Translations under genes and position numbers: made by a program
Notes under the pieces: generated by a model
Databases searched by the model: none
What the model saw: the letters and a program-made list of their open reading frames with translations, nothing else
Told to the model about the DNA's origin: nothing
Assembly: GCA_964016885.1 (NCBI GenBank)
Contig: OZ024752.1
Location: 14,694,001 to 14,758,000, forward strand
DNA: 64,000 bases
DNA from: Eledone cirrhosa
Lineage: Eukaryota
Direction of reading: 5' to 3'
In this document: piece by piece, positions 31,091 to 45,230 of the stretch
How positions within the stretch are numbered: position 1 is the first letter of the stretch
How the letters are laid out: the number at the start of each line of letters is the position of its first letter

Positions 31091-32272
31091 CCCCGCCCAA
31101 CTCTGACCAAACTGGAGAGCCTTCTCTTCCGCTTTTTGTGGAAGGGCCGTGCCCCCATGGTCATACGATCTATTTGCTGTCAACACCTGTGGCGTGGAGG
31201 ACTAGGCATGTAGTGGCTGATGATGCGCAAACATGCGCTGAGGCCGCGACAACTCTGGTGCTTCCTTGACGGTGAACAGGTGTGGTCGCCGTTTGTCAGA
31301 CGCGCTTTTCCCCAGCTCGTCTCCTTGACGGAGCTGCAGTCCTGGATCAGGAAAAGACCGAGGGATAGCGGTTGGAAGTTGGAATATCTCCAAGCGCTCG
31401 CCGCCCTCTACCGGCTGGGCACCAGTATCGGTGGAACATCCACCTCGGCGTTCTATAGAGGGCTAGTGGAAGGAAAGAGCGACGACGTTCTCGGGGAGAC
31501 TCTGGGCGTCGAAGACGATCAGCTGTTCGCTCTCTTCAAGAGAACTTTCAGACAGGGCCCTATGGACAACTTCCAGAAATCCCTGGCCTGGCAGTGCTAC
31601 CGGGGAGCGTTGCCGGTTCGGGATAAGCTCTACAGGCACGGAGTTGCTGTAAACCGAGCCTGTCCGAGATGCGGGCAGGGCGACGAAACCGTCGTGCACG
31701 CAGTCGTTCAGTGCCCGAGGAATGGTGACTTGTGGAGCTATGTCGAACAGCTGCTGTCGCGTATAGGACGGATCCGGTTATCGACTGAGTCCATTGTGCA
31801 GAGAGCCCTGCCATCCTCCTTTATAGAGGTGGAAGGGCAGGCGGTTTTCATCTGCCTGATGGCCATGGCGAAAGAGATTGTGTGGTGGACAAGGTTGAAA
31901 GGGTTAAAGACAGACACTTTCCTCTTCGGCGAATCCCTAATTAAGTTTTTCGAGTTTTACTTGAAGAGGAAAATCAGGGTGGAGAGGCAAGTGCTGCCTT
32001 CTAGCAAGTTTGTTGTCAGGTGGGTGAATGTAGCGAGAATGGTCCGAGTGAACGGGACCGCTCTGAATATAGGCCTGCAGTTTTTCCCCTATTGGGGAAT
32101 TTTTCATTGTTTCAATTTTTCCTTTTTATTGTTTATATATATATATGTTTCTGTCTTTTTCTTTTCTTACATAAATAATAAAAATCTCTACACGCACAAA
32201 TCCCAGATCGTTCCGTCCTGTACCGTCTGTAATGTTTTTCTTTATGTCAGCCCTTGTGGCCAATAAAGAAAT

Positions 32273-32570
<298 letters not shown>

Positions 32571-33058
32571 ATATAACCCATATGTACACCATATATTTTC
32601 CATTTCGTTAAACATCATATCTCAGGGTGAGGTAGTAACAAGAATGCACTTCAATCTAAATTCTAAAAATTGACTAACGAGGTCCAGTTTGTGGTCGATC
32701 TCTGACCCATGAGACTCTTGATTGTTTTTCTTGAATTATTTTATTAATGAGTATTTGCTCCATAGAACCCCACAATCATTTATTTCCCTCGGCTTTCTCA
32801 TGTAATATAACGTTGCTGGTGGCACAATGATCCTGCGAGAACAAGTTGAGGTACCTAGTGTATAATTAGTATATGAGGTTCTGGCATTCGGGGGTGGGAG
32901 TGGGGTTAATAAGTGTTTTTTAGCGATTTTATAGATGAGAATAACTGTAATTGATAAACATCGGAGTTCTTTGGTGCCGTTGATACACTCGCCATACCAC
33001 CGTATATAGATTACTAGTCTGTCTGTGTACATGTATGCATGAATGTGTGTATGCTTGC

Positions 33059-33116
<58 letters not shown>

Positions 33117-34254
33117 TGTAACCTCTGCTAAGAGTACTGCAATCGCTTGTCATATTATAGAGTTTGGTTGACGTTTAGGCTACGACCAGCCACATAAACC
33201 CGTAACATATCCTGAACAAGCAATGTCTCTGTTTTGAAGATTTTTTAAGTGGAGAAGGCTTTGCACTCGACCAATCCCATTCTCTGAGTATCGAAAACAC
33301 TATCCGAAAAGGAGAACTGGTCAACATCACCGGATGCTTCCGAAGCTGCAGGGTTGTTTTTTTAAGATTTTCCCTCGAAGATCGTGTTGAAGCGTAAGTG
33401 TATTTATTAGAATTCATTGCCTGATAAAACGAACAAATTTGATAGACATACAGATAGACCTGGGAGAGAGAAGTAAAATGCTTCTGTTCAACACCAAGGT
33501 GTGGCTACAAAGCACAACACGGCCTCGCGCTGCAGTATTAGTAGCGAGGGGAAGTGAAAATGAAGAGCCATGGGTAGGAAGAGGGGGGACGCATATATCA
33601 TAACAGCAGAAATAACTACATGAATTCTACAGACGATGTTATATAGACTTAACCATAACTGCATTTTCCTACAGGATTTATTAGCTTGATTTTCTGAATT
33701 CCAGTTTTGAGGGATAACTAGAACATTAGTTCTGAATATTTGAATTAAGAGGCGTTTGAAAAACATTGAATTTCTTATTAACGTCTTGACACATAATACT
33801 TCATTTATTTTTCTCGCCTTATATATATTGATGATTATTTAAATAACATTACAAATAGGGAATGGGTAAAGAAGGGCAGATGTAGTTGTGTGGGAAGAAA
33901 TGACTAAAAAAGCCATAAACGAGAGGAAAAGCAAGGACTCTAGGGCCACAGATGAAAATAAGGGAGAGGGTGATGGGATCTCGGCCTTGGGTGCGGCGGT
34001 GATGTCGCTGCGCCCCGGGACAAAACTGCAAAAGCACTTCCTCGTACAATGGCCAGCGACGCCTGCTTCAACAGCCACCACACCCTGCGAGGCTCCTTCC
34101 TCGAAGGGCCGATTTTTAGCATTTTATCATAAATAGGGCTAAATATTATTCGTAAATATATGAAATATAAGAAAATCTAGTGCTACCTATATATTAATTC
34201 TAATATTATTGTAGAAAAATACATCTTATTAATGAATAACGTTCATTAATTTAG

Positions 34255-34462
34255 GCTGTATCGGTAGATGCTCGGACACTATGCTTTGCAACATAGTGTT
34301 ATGGTCCTTTATGATCTGAGTTCAAATCCCACCGAGGTTAACTCTGCCTTTCATCCTTACGGGGTCTATAAAATAAAGTGCCAGTCACGCACTGGGGTCG
34401 ATTTAATCGACTTACCCCTCCCCCAAAATTGCTGGCCTTGTGCCTATATAAGAAACCATTAA
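34255..34462 (+). mobile_element. S1 SINE (long-tail variant)
   Basis: S1 motifs plus GGGGTCGATTTAATCGAC hairpin. Confidence 0.85.
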
Positions 34463-34656
34463 TTAGATTATAACACAGAGGTTTACAAAATGGACTCCAC
34501 CAGCCCCGGAGCCATTCAGAAGGTCCAGAGGAACGCTAGGCCCAAGGGGGTGCTAGAGATGATATAGTAATATAATAAATATCAAATGATACATATATAT
34601 ATAGTAAAATAAAAAATATATAATATTCATTTATACATCGTATATATATAGTATGA

Positions 34657-34872
34657 AGGCGTGTGGCTGAGCGGTTAGAGAATCGGATTCGCAATCGAAA
34701 TGTTGTGAGTTCGATTCCTGGACCAGGCGATGCGTTATGTCCTTGAGCAAGACACTTTATTTCACGTCGCTCTTTCTACCTGGAGTTGCAACCGATAGAT
34801 AGTATTAGCAATTGGAAAGACCAACGGAAACATTGTTTCTTCGGTCCGTTTTGACGAACGTCGATCGTTCCG
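34657..34872 (+). mobile_element. tRNA-derived SINE family S3
   Basis: GTGGCTGAGCGG A-box, GAGTTCGATTCC B-box, TCCTTGAGCAAGACACTT; inverted relative at 36920-37128. Confidence 0.8.
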
Positions 34873-35795
34873 TATATATATATTATTTATTAAATATAAA
34901 TTTACTATTTTATTTATCATATATCATTTACTATTTACGTGTAGGCAGGTCTCTCTGGAAATAGGGTTGGGCGGTACTGAGAACATTAGCTGATTGTGAG
35001 CGGTGGTATCCCGACACATTTGAGAACCTGCTATAACTTATGAGTATAATTTCATATTATTTATGCTCTGCAGGGAGTTGAATTGAGGATAAACAACATT
35101 TCTAGCTCTTATATATAGTTAGGTTTGATGCGGTAGAATGTATGTAAATCAAACTGTCTTAATATTTATATATTCTCTGTAGAACATAGCCAAGAGGGTT
35201 ATATCTTACGGAGTTTGATACAGCACATATTTAATCAGGATAACATTTAACGCGGTAAAGGTTGCTGCATTTTAACTTGCCTAATCCTTCGGGGCTTATG
35301 GTTGTTCGAAAGACTTCTCATGATATTGCTGTATATTCAGTAAATTGTTATAATGAGTATTATATATAAACTATCATGGTAATTATAAGGCGCATATTGT
35401 AATTTGTATCAGTTGTATATTTCATATTATAATTACTTCGTACCAATTGCAGAATCTGCTACTGGTGTACTTTATACTTTAGGGATGTAAACACAGTTAG
35501 CTGAAGTTAAAGCTGGACTTGGTTGGTTTTCAATTAAAAATATTAAAATACAGTGAGATAAATGTACACTAGTATATAATGGATATATATTCTTGTAATA
35601 AAATATGTAAAGTATTTCTTGTGATAAGTTAAATTAAAAATTACATAAAATGATATTAGAATGTTATTAACTGAAAGTTAGTAAAACATTAGTAAATCCT
35701 ATTCTTCAAGAAATACACTGAATTTGCAATAAATATCTCAACAGCGAATAATACTTGTTTTTCCAGAATAGATGGATTGGCGACAATTATCATTC

Positions 35796-36219
35796 ACTCG
35801 ATCTAATGGGGCTGGACCGACGGGACGGCAAAAGGCCAAGTGGTATGACCATCTTTACGTTCCGCGGTGGCAAACGCCTCGTGTGGGATGCCACTTGCAC
35901 CGACACTTTCTCCAGTAGCAACCTGGTACAGTCTGCGACTAACCCAGGTTCTTTTGCACGTCGGGCTGAGGAGGGCAAACTCTTCAAATACCGGTCGCTC
36001 TCCGACGGGTTTGCGGTTGTACCCTTGGCAGAGGTGACTTCTGGTGTCCTCGGCTCTAGGGCTACCTCCCTACTCACCGCCATAGGTGCTGAGCTGGCCA
36101 GCCGCAGGTGTGAGCTTCGCGAGCTGGAATGGCGTTTCCAGCGCGTCTCCCTTGCCGTCTTCCGGGGAAACGCCTTCTCCATTCTGTCCGCCTGGGTTGT
36201 AGGGAGGCCACCAATATGA
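35796..36219 (+). pseudogene. Restriction-like endonuclease domain of a CRE-like non-LTR retrotransposon
   Basis: DGKRP(S)GMT..LVWDATCTDT..AEEGKLFKY..PLAEVTSGVLG..FQRVSLAVFRGNA. Confidence 0.8.
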
Positions 36220-36919
36220 TTGATTCACTTGTCATTTCATCAGTCAGGTATGTAGGGAATTATGTGTTGTGTCTATCAAGTTCCTTCATAAAAAAAATGT
36301 CTAACTAGTAGCAAATGTCACAGCTAGCAGCTGTGTAAATATAACTAAAATGAGTATCGTTAGGAGGCAATAAGGTTTGTTTTGTCACCAGGCAACCGCT
36401 GGGGCTCCATAGTATGTAGCACTTGCCCATATTTCGGTAAAAAATTCAGTTATTATAATGATGTTTATTTTTAAAATGAAATTTAGTAAGAAAAGACAAG
36501 AAAAACATGGGGAATCAAAAGGAAAGAAAGAATAGGGAAATATAGAAAAAGAAGAGGGAAAGAAAGAACGGTGGGTGGAGGCAAGTGCCCTGGTGTCGCA
36601 GAAGAGAGGGGAGGGGTGAAGGAGGAGGGTGGTGGGCTTTGGGACTAGGGTAAGAAGGCAGAATTGCTGCGCCCCACGCTCCTATCATGCGGAGGAACTC
36701 GGCAGTGGGTGAGTTATTTATTGTTGAAATTGTGTGTTCAATAATATGTATGACTCACTAACGTTTAGAAAGGAAACGATTTATATGAAGTGTTTGCTTT
36801 AATTATTATTAATTACTTTCGTGTGTATGACCGTTATAGTGTAAATATTGAGGCTGAAACAAGCAAACCACTTTAATTAAAGAAAGCTGAGAGTATAGAA
36901 CACTTTTATATAAGAAAAG

Positions 36920-37128
36920 GATCGATCAACTTTCGTCAAATCGGACCGAGGAAACAATGTTTCCATTGGTCTTTCCAGTTGCTAGTACTATCTATCGGTC
37001 GCAACTCCTGATAGATGGAGCAGCATGAAATAAAGTGTCAAGGACATAACGTATCGCCCGGTCCAGGAATCGAACTGACAACCTCAAGATTGCGAATCCA
37101 GTTATCTAACCACCCAGCCACACACATT
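36920..37128 (-). mobile_element. SINE family S3
   Basis: Reverse-complement similarity to 34657-34872. Confidence 0.8.
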
Positions 37129-37571
37129 CACACTTTTATATAAGGCGAACGAAATGGACGTAGGTTTATATAAACAAACAGTAGCTGTAGAAGCAAATAG
37201 CTACACAGCGCAACAAAGATGATAGCATGATTCCGGAATGCCCATTATCAAATATAATATTATTTATAAAATAAAATATGGGGCCTTGTATAAATATCAC
37301 TTATGTACATATTGGGAATGATGGATACATTAAGAGACATACACAATGTCGCTCAGTTCAGTCCATTGGTTAATCTCAAGTGTACAGGAAATTGATAACG
37401 ACAGAAAACTGTAAATTTCAAACAAAAATAGAAAACAGTACCAGATAACTCTTAAAAAAAACTATGAAGTCTAAATAAAACTAAATCTGGGTCGTATAGC
37501 TTCCATGAAACATGGAGAGAGATTAATTCAAGACACTTCAAATATTCAACCTCACTCTGGACGTGTCAGAA

Positions 37572-37645
37572 TCTCTCGTTCTCTCTCTTTCTCTTTCTCG
37601 TTCTCTCTTTTTCTCTCTTTCTCTCTCTCGTTCTCTCTCTTTCTC

Positions 37646-37677
<32 letters not shown>

Positions 37678-38145
37678 ACTTTCTCTCTCTCGTTCTCTCT
37701 CTTTCTCTCTCTCGTTCTCTCTCTCTCTCGTTCTCTCTCTCTCTCTCGCGTTCTCTCTCTCTCGCGCTCTCTCTCTCGCGCTCTCTCCTTCTCTCTCTCT
37801 CTGCTCCCTTTCGCTCTCTCTATGTATCTCTCTCTCTCTCCCTTTCTCTCTCTATCTCTCTCTCTATCTCTCTCCCTTTCTCTCTCTATCTCTCTCTGTA
37901 TCGTTCTTTCTAACTACCCCTCTCTTTATCTCTCTACCTCTCTCTCTATCTCTCTACCTCTCTCCCTCTTCATCTTTCTTCCTCTCTCTTTCTCCCTCTC
38001 TCTTTCTCACTCTCTATTTCTCTCTCTCTCTCTTTCTCCCTCTCTCTATTTCTCTCTTTCTTTCTCCCTCTCTCTGTTTCTTTCTCTCTATCTCTATATC
38101 TCTGTCCCTCTCTATATCTCTATCCCCCCTCTCTCTCTCTCTCTC
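37572..38145. repeat. (CT)n-derived tract
   Basis: Direct reading. Confidence 0.95.
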
Positions 38146-38340
38146 AATCCAAAATTAAATTAAGGTTGTCATGCCAGAGAGACATGCGCCATATCCACTG
38201 TAGAATATGCTCCAAGATTCTAATGAATAGATCTGTGATTACACACTTTTACAAATTATTCCCTGTGATTGTTTCATATGTTTATTTTAGATATATGTAT
38301 ATATGTCAATCAATTTCTACTTGATATATATATATATAAC

Positions 38341-38414
38341 TATTTAATCTGATGAAGGGGCTGGACATTTCTGTAAGGAGCGTCTAGTTTCTTGAAACCC
38401 TTGGTAATGGAATA
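38341..38414 (+). ncRNA. Type I hammerhead motif (family D)
   Basis: UAUUUAAU-CUGAUGA-AGGGGCUGGAC..GUCUAGUUUCUU-GAAA-CC CUU GG-UA|AUGGAAUA. 11 bp stem II, GUA triplet. Confidence 0.7.
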
Positions 38415-38834
38415 ATCATATTGTGTTGTTTATTATGTAATTAAATATATATGTACCTTACTTACTATGGTTACCCTCGATTGAACCCGTCACGCACGCA
38501 CGCATACATACAGGTGAAGAGGCATGCTGTGTGGTTACTGAAAACGAAGTGTTAGAAGGTAAACGGGACATAAACAAGAGAAGAAAAGTATCCCTTCATC
38601 AGCTGTTTACGACAGATCGTAGATGTTTCGGCGCTTAAAACAGAACATCGATCTGTAGGATAGAGGGTTCATGGGTTTTCTCACATCTGATGTGAGAAAA
38701 ACCACAAACCCTCCATCTCAATCCTACTTTTGAAAAGCGGAAGTACTGTGAAACCGGTAAAGGAGCCAAATGAAAATATATATTAAAAAATAAAAAGTCC
38801 AGTTGCATTTTCGATTTCATCTTTTTTTTCCTTA

Positions 38835-38871
<37 letters not shown>

Positions 38872-38894
38872 TTTCCTAAATATTATATATCTTA

Positions 38895-38966
38895 TAATTG
38901 TTTCTACTTTAGGCACAAGGCCAGCAATTACCCAGTGCATTACTGGTACTTTATTTTATCGACCCC
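38895..38966 (-). mobile_element. S1 SINE 3' fragment
   Basis: TTGTTTCTACTTTAGGCACAAGGCCAGC..TCGACCCC. Confidence 0.8.
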
Positions 38967-40449
38967 AACAGTATCTACTTTATTGTGGAAAAGTTACCTT
39001 CCTTAAGGCGACCGTTACATAGTTCGTAGAACCTTAATGAAAATCGATCTAAGCAGTCGATTATTGATTACCAACTATCAATTTTGGTATAGCTCCAGAA
39101 GACGCGGAAGTAATCGTCAGAGGAAATTGTCTTATCATAATTTCGAATAAAGTATAACATTCCTCTATATTTGTCTTGTTCCGAGAAGTAGTCAGTCGGG
39201 GTGTGACGCTTAACAGTGATGGCAGATATAAATAGGACAGGACGTCGCGTCCGCTAGAAAGAGGTGCGGTGTACCAGTCAGAGCACAAGCATCTCAAGAA
39301 ATTAAGAATTCGGAACAGATATATGACTATATACGTATATTTTTTTTATTTGAAACAGTTGTTTTGAATAGCAGAAAATGGGTTGCGATCTCCATTATAC
39401 CATGGTAAATTAGACCTGTGAAATATACCACAATAAGATAATGGACCAGTGAACTCCGTTACTATTCGCCAATACTGCGCCCTAAATATGTGATGAAAAA
39501 TATAATGTAAATGCTACATATAATGTAAATGCTACATGAAGTGTAGTATTCATCTTTCAGTTAAATGTATATGTAGTGTGGTAAATAAAAATATACATAT
39601 ATATTAGGTCTGAACATAATGGAATCAAATTTCCATTGTCACCTAATCCGTCTCTCTTATGAGTGGATATCACACACTCAAACGCACACAGACAATCAAC
39701 TACGCTTTAGCAGACGCATACACATTCGTATCCAATGTGATATTTTTCTACGTGTTTGAGTATGAATTGGGTGTTATTTCTTGCAAGTTAAGCGACCGTT
39801 ATTTCCTTTATATCTCTTCCAATATGTAATGCGTTGTCCGTCACTTTATAGACTTTTCTTTTCATATTTGTAATACCTGATTGAATATAAAATTGCTTTA
39901 TTTTTGACGTTCGTTATTATGTGTCGGTGTACAAAGTAAGTAAAGCTGTCTCATTTTATTTACTTCTCCTTTCTATACAAGCGTGTAGGATATATTTCAC
40001 TACCAATGACATGTGGATATATGAAACTACTTTTCTGAAAGAAGATAAGAATCAAAAGAAAATGTTGCAGAACTTCTCCAATATATGTATCAATATGTAA
40101 TTGCTAAATTGCATGTAAACGTGCAATTGTCTCGCTGGTTGATATCAACCTTACATTAGTTATGTATTAAATTTAATATTCATATGTGTTTATCATAGGA
40201 GTGCAGTGCGATAGATGTGATCTAATAGTAAAGATGATACTTACAGATATACACAAATGCCATTGTATATCAAATATACATTACTGAATCAGGTGGCTTA
40301 CAGCATTTATAGTAATCATAATTATGATTGATGTTCTGCTATGAAGGTTATAGAAAGGCTGAGACACATACATACATATTATCGTAAAATACAACAATAA
40401 CAATCTATTTTATGTGCATCGGTATGTATATCTCCTTGCCTTTCAACTC

Positions 40450-40490
<41 letters not shown>

Positions 40491-41907
40491 AGTACATATA
40501 TGCACGCGCACTCACATACACACGCACATACACAAACACATACACACATACACATACATACCAAAAATGTTGCATCTAATAACTGCATATTCACATGTAC
40601 AGATACAAAGCATATACACATACAACTCAAAACATACACATCCACACATACAATAACATCCATATCTACACATGCATGCATACATACTTATCTACCTAGT
40701 TGATGTTGTGTAAATTCCAATGAGAGTCTTGTGTCTGTTAGAAATCGACTCTCTCTCTCTATTGCTAAAACTTTGTGAAATTATAAAACCAGAACATACA
40801 TACATACATACATACATACGCACACGCACGAATCAGTGGACACAAGCTAACATGAATACTTTGAGGAAGACATAAGTGTGTTCAATACATTATTGTATTA
40901 TGGTTTGGGGATAATTAGATTTTTTACATATCAAAGTAAACCTTATGTAATAAACATTTACTTCCTTGTTTAAAAGTTAATTTTGATCCAACAGAAGTGA
41001 AAGGTATCAGAATATATAAACTTGGAAAGATATTAAACAAAGAAATAAATAGTATACATTTCTAAACTGGCTGGTGTTAGTAAAGGGCATCAGCTCGTAG
41101 AAAACTTGTTAAACTAAGGACCATTTGCTCATAAAATTGAGAGATGGAGAGAGCAGGAGAGACGGAGGCCGTGGCAGTGGGAGTTTGGTTCCCTGGTGTT
41201 CCCACGTGTTCGGACCTGGTGTATATGTATGTGTTTTACGGACACACATTCACACTGAAGCTCATCTTATACATACTTTGGATCGAAATTTCTTTTACTA
41301 TTGTCAAAACTATGGCACCGTGTTAAAATGCACCCACTAAACTCTGCTTAGTACGGGAATGTTATCCCCCTTAGAAATATACGTGTGGCAACCCGTTGAA
41401 ACTTTCCTTCGGGGCATCTGGACGTTAAATCATGATGATGATGAGGAGGAGAATGAAGCTAGTAATAGTGGTGTTGTGAATGTTCATCCAACAGAAGAAA
41501 TAAAGCAAATATAAAATGAAAAAGATAAAGGGAAGATTAATATCAATTTAAACGGAATATAACTCTTGTTGTATCCGTAGGGTCACTGCGTATAGTGGAC
41601 AATTTAAAACTAGAGGAACCCATCGATCTCAAGATCAGAACACAACCGATTTCTTCCAGATAACTATAGGTAAACAGACAGAGGTAGTGAGTGAGAGAGA
41701 GAGAAGCAGCGGATAGAGTGGGAGACTAAGAAAGAGTGTAAATTCGATAAAGGTACAGCGCAGTACTGGACAGGTACATTGTTTATCGGCCACCAAAATG
41801 GGAAGGGCAAAGTTGATCACGACCGGATTTTTACTTCATTGCACAGGGATCTGGAATAAATACTCAGGCATTTTTAACCCACCGATTTGAAAGTAATATA
41901 TATATAA

Positions 41908-43257
41908 CTAGCAGCGGTACCCGGCTTTGCACAGGATAAGGTATTTTGGAACGCGGGCCGCCAACAGACCTAATCGTGGAGAAACTGCATTCCCGGATAA
42001 TATGTAAAGAAAATAAACCGAATACTCTGATGGTTGGATAATCTAATATTTTCCTCGATGAAGCAGGAAAAATGCAGGTTTTCACCTAATGCATCAAAAA
42101 ATAATTTTTTTTTATGTGCATAATATGCCTTGAAATTTCGGAAAATCGGATAGCCGTTGCACCTAAAAAAAAGCCTGAAAAAATGAAGTTTTTCATTTAA
42201 TGCGGTCTCTAGGCCATAAAACAGTTGGATTTTCTTTGCCCACAGTATGAAAAAGAGACTGACTAATACATAGTTACAATTTCAAGTAAATCGGTCTGAC
42301 ATAAGGCCTCAAAATACCCCGCCCTCCGCTCTGCGTCCAGAACGCACCCTTATAGCTGTCTGCTACCTCCGGTTATTATGCCACCCTTGTTCAAGACAAA
42401 TCTCACACTCATTCTCCAAACAAATCTCACACTCATTCTTCAAACAGTTGGTAAGTGCACACAATTCATCCTCACGTTTTAAGCCACTGTGTTGCTAACT
42501 TACGTACCACCAGACCCTTACTTCTTTACCAGCCGTGGTTGAGACAATACTAAGCTTGGCTAAGGCGGTTATATATTTCACACGGCACTAAAAATGAAAT
42601 CCGGTAACTACGTATTAGTCAGTCTCTTCATCATACCGTGAACAAAGAAAATCCAACTTTTAGGGAGCGTGTGAAATAAATTCGATTCTGCTGCGATTCA
42701 GAAATCAGGTTTGCAGGTTATATATTTCACACAACACTAAACATTAAAGACGGTAAAGAAAAACATCGCTATAATAGCTTCAGTTTTCACAGTGTTGCTT
42801 ACTTACGTGCCTTTACGAGAACAAAAGTTACTATTCTACCCTTTAGTATTGTAGAAAACCGACTGTTTTCAAACTTTACACATGTAATACTTATGTTTCT
42901 GGGAGTGTTCTGAGCAAAATAAATTTCAAATTTTCAATGCCCTAGGGAACGCATTAGGCGATTTAGCAACCTCTCTCCGTCATGCAGACAGCCAGACATA
43001 GACAGATATTATGCCGAGGTTGACTTTGCCTTTCATCCTTACGGGGTCGATAAAATAAAGTACCAGTAATGCACTGGGTAATTGCTGGCCTTGTACCTAA
43101 AGTAGAAACAATTATAAGTGCGCCACGTTATATGTATGTATCTATCTAAAAAGAGAAAGACTAAGAATTATAGAAAACAGTTGGTTGGGTGCTTCTCGAG
43201 TTTTATGGATTCAAACTCACACACACAAACAGACATCCTCAGTTTTATATATATAGA
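41908..43257 (-). mobile_element. Non-autonomous Helitron with nested S1 half-copy (43012-43115)
   Basis: On the minus strand: 5' TCTATATATATAAAAC; 3' CCTGTGCAAAGCCGGG..CTAG|T. Same end design as 13068-14448. Confidence 0.75.
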
Positions 43258-43599
43258 TGACATAAACAAATTTAACAGACACACCGAATCAGAATAGGCC
43301 GATATGTAGAGAAATTGCTACGCGTTTATAAGGTGACATAGATAACGTGAAATTGGATAGGGCATGTAGATAACATTCTGGTTTAAAATCAAAAGAGAAT
43401 CTAAAGGAAATAGATGGGATAAGCGTAGAAAGTTTGAATGATGTCTGAATAGATGATGTATATATTACAGCGTATATGGTCTTACATACGTGGATTGATT
43501 ATGTTATGCATTTCATTGAGAATAATGTTAAATGTTTGAGTAAGCCAAACTCGCTATCTTCAATTCGCTATCCGTGCCAACCTTTAGCTAGGGTCATGA

Positions 43600-43995
43600 A
43601 TGTTCGGTAATAACCGAAAAAATACAATAGCAAATACAAAGCGTTCGCAATGGGATTCCTCCGAAGCGTCTTTGGAACAACGTTACTCGATAGAGTGCAT
43701 AGCTCGGAGATCAGAGAAATATTCCCGGTAGAGCCGCTATTTCTCCGAATTGAGAGATCGCAACTTCAATACTATGGACATGAGGTTAGAATGTCCCAGG
43801 AAAGAATCATGGGACATATTTTACGTACAAAACCGACTGGAAAGAGACCCATGGATAGATCCCGAGCAAGATGGTTGGATAACATACATGAGCTCGGCTG
43901 GATCAGTTGGAGATGGTTGCTTCTGACAGGAGCCGCTGGAAGTAGTGTTTGAGGACTCTTTCTCCACAACCTTCTCAAGAATAACTGAGCGAAGT
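43600..43995 (+). mobile_element. RTE-clade LINE 3' fragment
   Basis: MGFLRSVFGTTLLDRVHSSEIRE..VEPLFLRIERSQLQYYGHEVRM..PTGKRP..RARWLD. Confidence 0.85.
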
Positions 43996-44399
43996 AGTAT
44001 ATGAATAAACGTGTCAAGGTTCAATATTCTAATGTCATTTTTTGTTAATGGGTAAGAAATGTTGTTAGAGAGAGAGAGAGAGAAGCAGGGGATGGAGGGT
44101 GAGAAATATTGTTAGGTTGTATGTAAATTGTGTTCTGGAAATGGATGCGCATTCAACGTGTTACTGTACCAGATATGAACATAGAGTATCAGTGTATTTG
44201 GGGATATGTGGTAAATCGCTGGTGCATATATCCGAACCACCACAAATGATGAGTTGCAAGTGGTTGAAACACACATATTTATGAGACAAACATAATTCAT
44301 AACACCTTTTGAAGTTTATCTCATAAGTTCAGATTCCCATGGATAAATCACCATTTTACATACCAAAGCCCTAAGGATGTCATTTGTTTCCTCTCTGTA

Positions 44400-44822
44400 A
44401 TTGTTGCTAACTTAAGCACAAGGCCAATCTTATTGTTTGTGAGGTGGGGGTGGGGGGATTAAATCGACCCAGTTGCGTTATTGTTACTTTACTTTATTGA
44501 ACATTTAATGATTGTTTCTACTTTTTGGCACAAGGCCAGCAATTACCCAGTGTATTACTGGTACTTTATTTTATCGACCCCGTAAGAATGAAAGGCAAAG
44601 TCAACCTCAGCGGGGTTTGAACACAGATCGTTAAGGGACGTAACTATGCTGGAAAGCATGGCGTCCGACCCTCTACCGATACTGCCAATCCACCGTCTTG
44701 AACATTTAATGATGAAAGACAGAGTTAATCTTGGTGAGATTTGAACTTAGAACGTAAAAGACCATAACTCTGTGCCGCAATGCATCATGACCGAGGCTCT
44801 TATGATACTGTTAATCCACGCA
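44400..44822 (-). mobile_element. Young S1 SINE (44513-44697) inserted in an older S1 SINE
   Basis: 16 bp TSD TTGAACATTTAATGAT at 44497-44512 and 44698-44713. Confidence 0.88.
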
Positions 44823-45174
44823 CTCTTCGTCATTGTAATCAACATTGTTTTTAGTATTTAAGATTGTTAAAATACTCCTTTTTTCGATTTTGTTTACTTT
44901 TCTTGATTATGACCCAACGCTGAAAACGTGGAATATAAAGCAGATAAGTGCAGCTATATCATACATAGTTATCTCCATGGTCCTAACCACATGTGGTATA
45001 ATACTAATTAACATTTGACTATTCCGATACATAGGCAGTTTATAGATTTATACATCTAAACCCCATGAGATCAACTGTTTATATGTATATGTTCTCCATA
45101 ACGCATTGTTTGGTTTCCAAATTTAAATTTCTGTTTCCTATTCAACAATGCTTCAAGCAGGCTACAAAACTCTT

Positions 45175-45230
<56 letters not shown>

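Larger units (their letters stand above)
26181..32272 (+). mobile_element. Near full-length decayed L1/Tx1-clade LINE (ORF1 with CCHC knuckle; ORF2 APE-RT-Zn)
   Basis: ORF1: VIVEGRKPRCVVCGEGTHLKHFC (~27530-27600). ORF2 from ~28618: AISET, GGGVAVL, VYAPT, DWN, SYLDR, GKSPG, FRSITLLNAEFKIL, KAFDRVDH, VRQGC, AYADD, CPRCGQGDETVVHAVVQC. AATAAA then (ATT)n tail. Many stops and frameshifts. Confidence 0.9.

Noticed and set aside
33850-34130. GC-richer patch with CCT-TCCTCGA-AGG (HDV-ribozyme P3/L3-like) and a faint RLE-like peptide
   Set aside because: No P1.1 GG or P4 follows, and the protein similarity is not convincing.
34657-34730. tRNA-like heads here and in other SINEs
   Set aside because: A and B boxes are present, but there is no complete cloverleaf and they continue into SINE bodies.
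38590-38625. Minus-strand GAAAC..GUC..CUGAUGA in type II hammerhead order
   Set aside because: Stems I and II cannot be formed convincingly.
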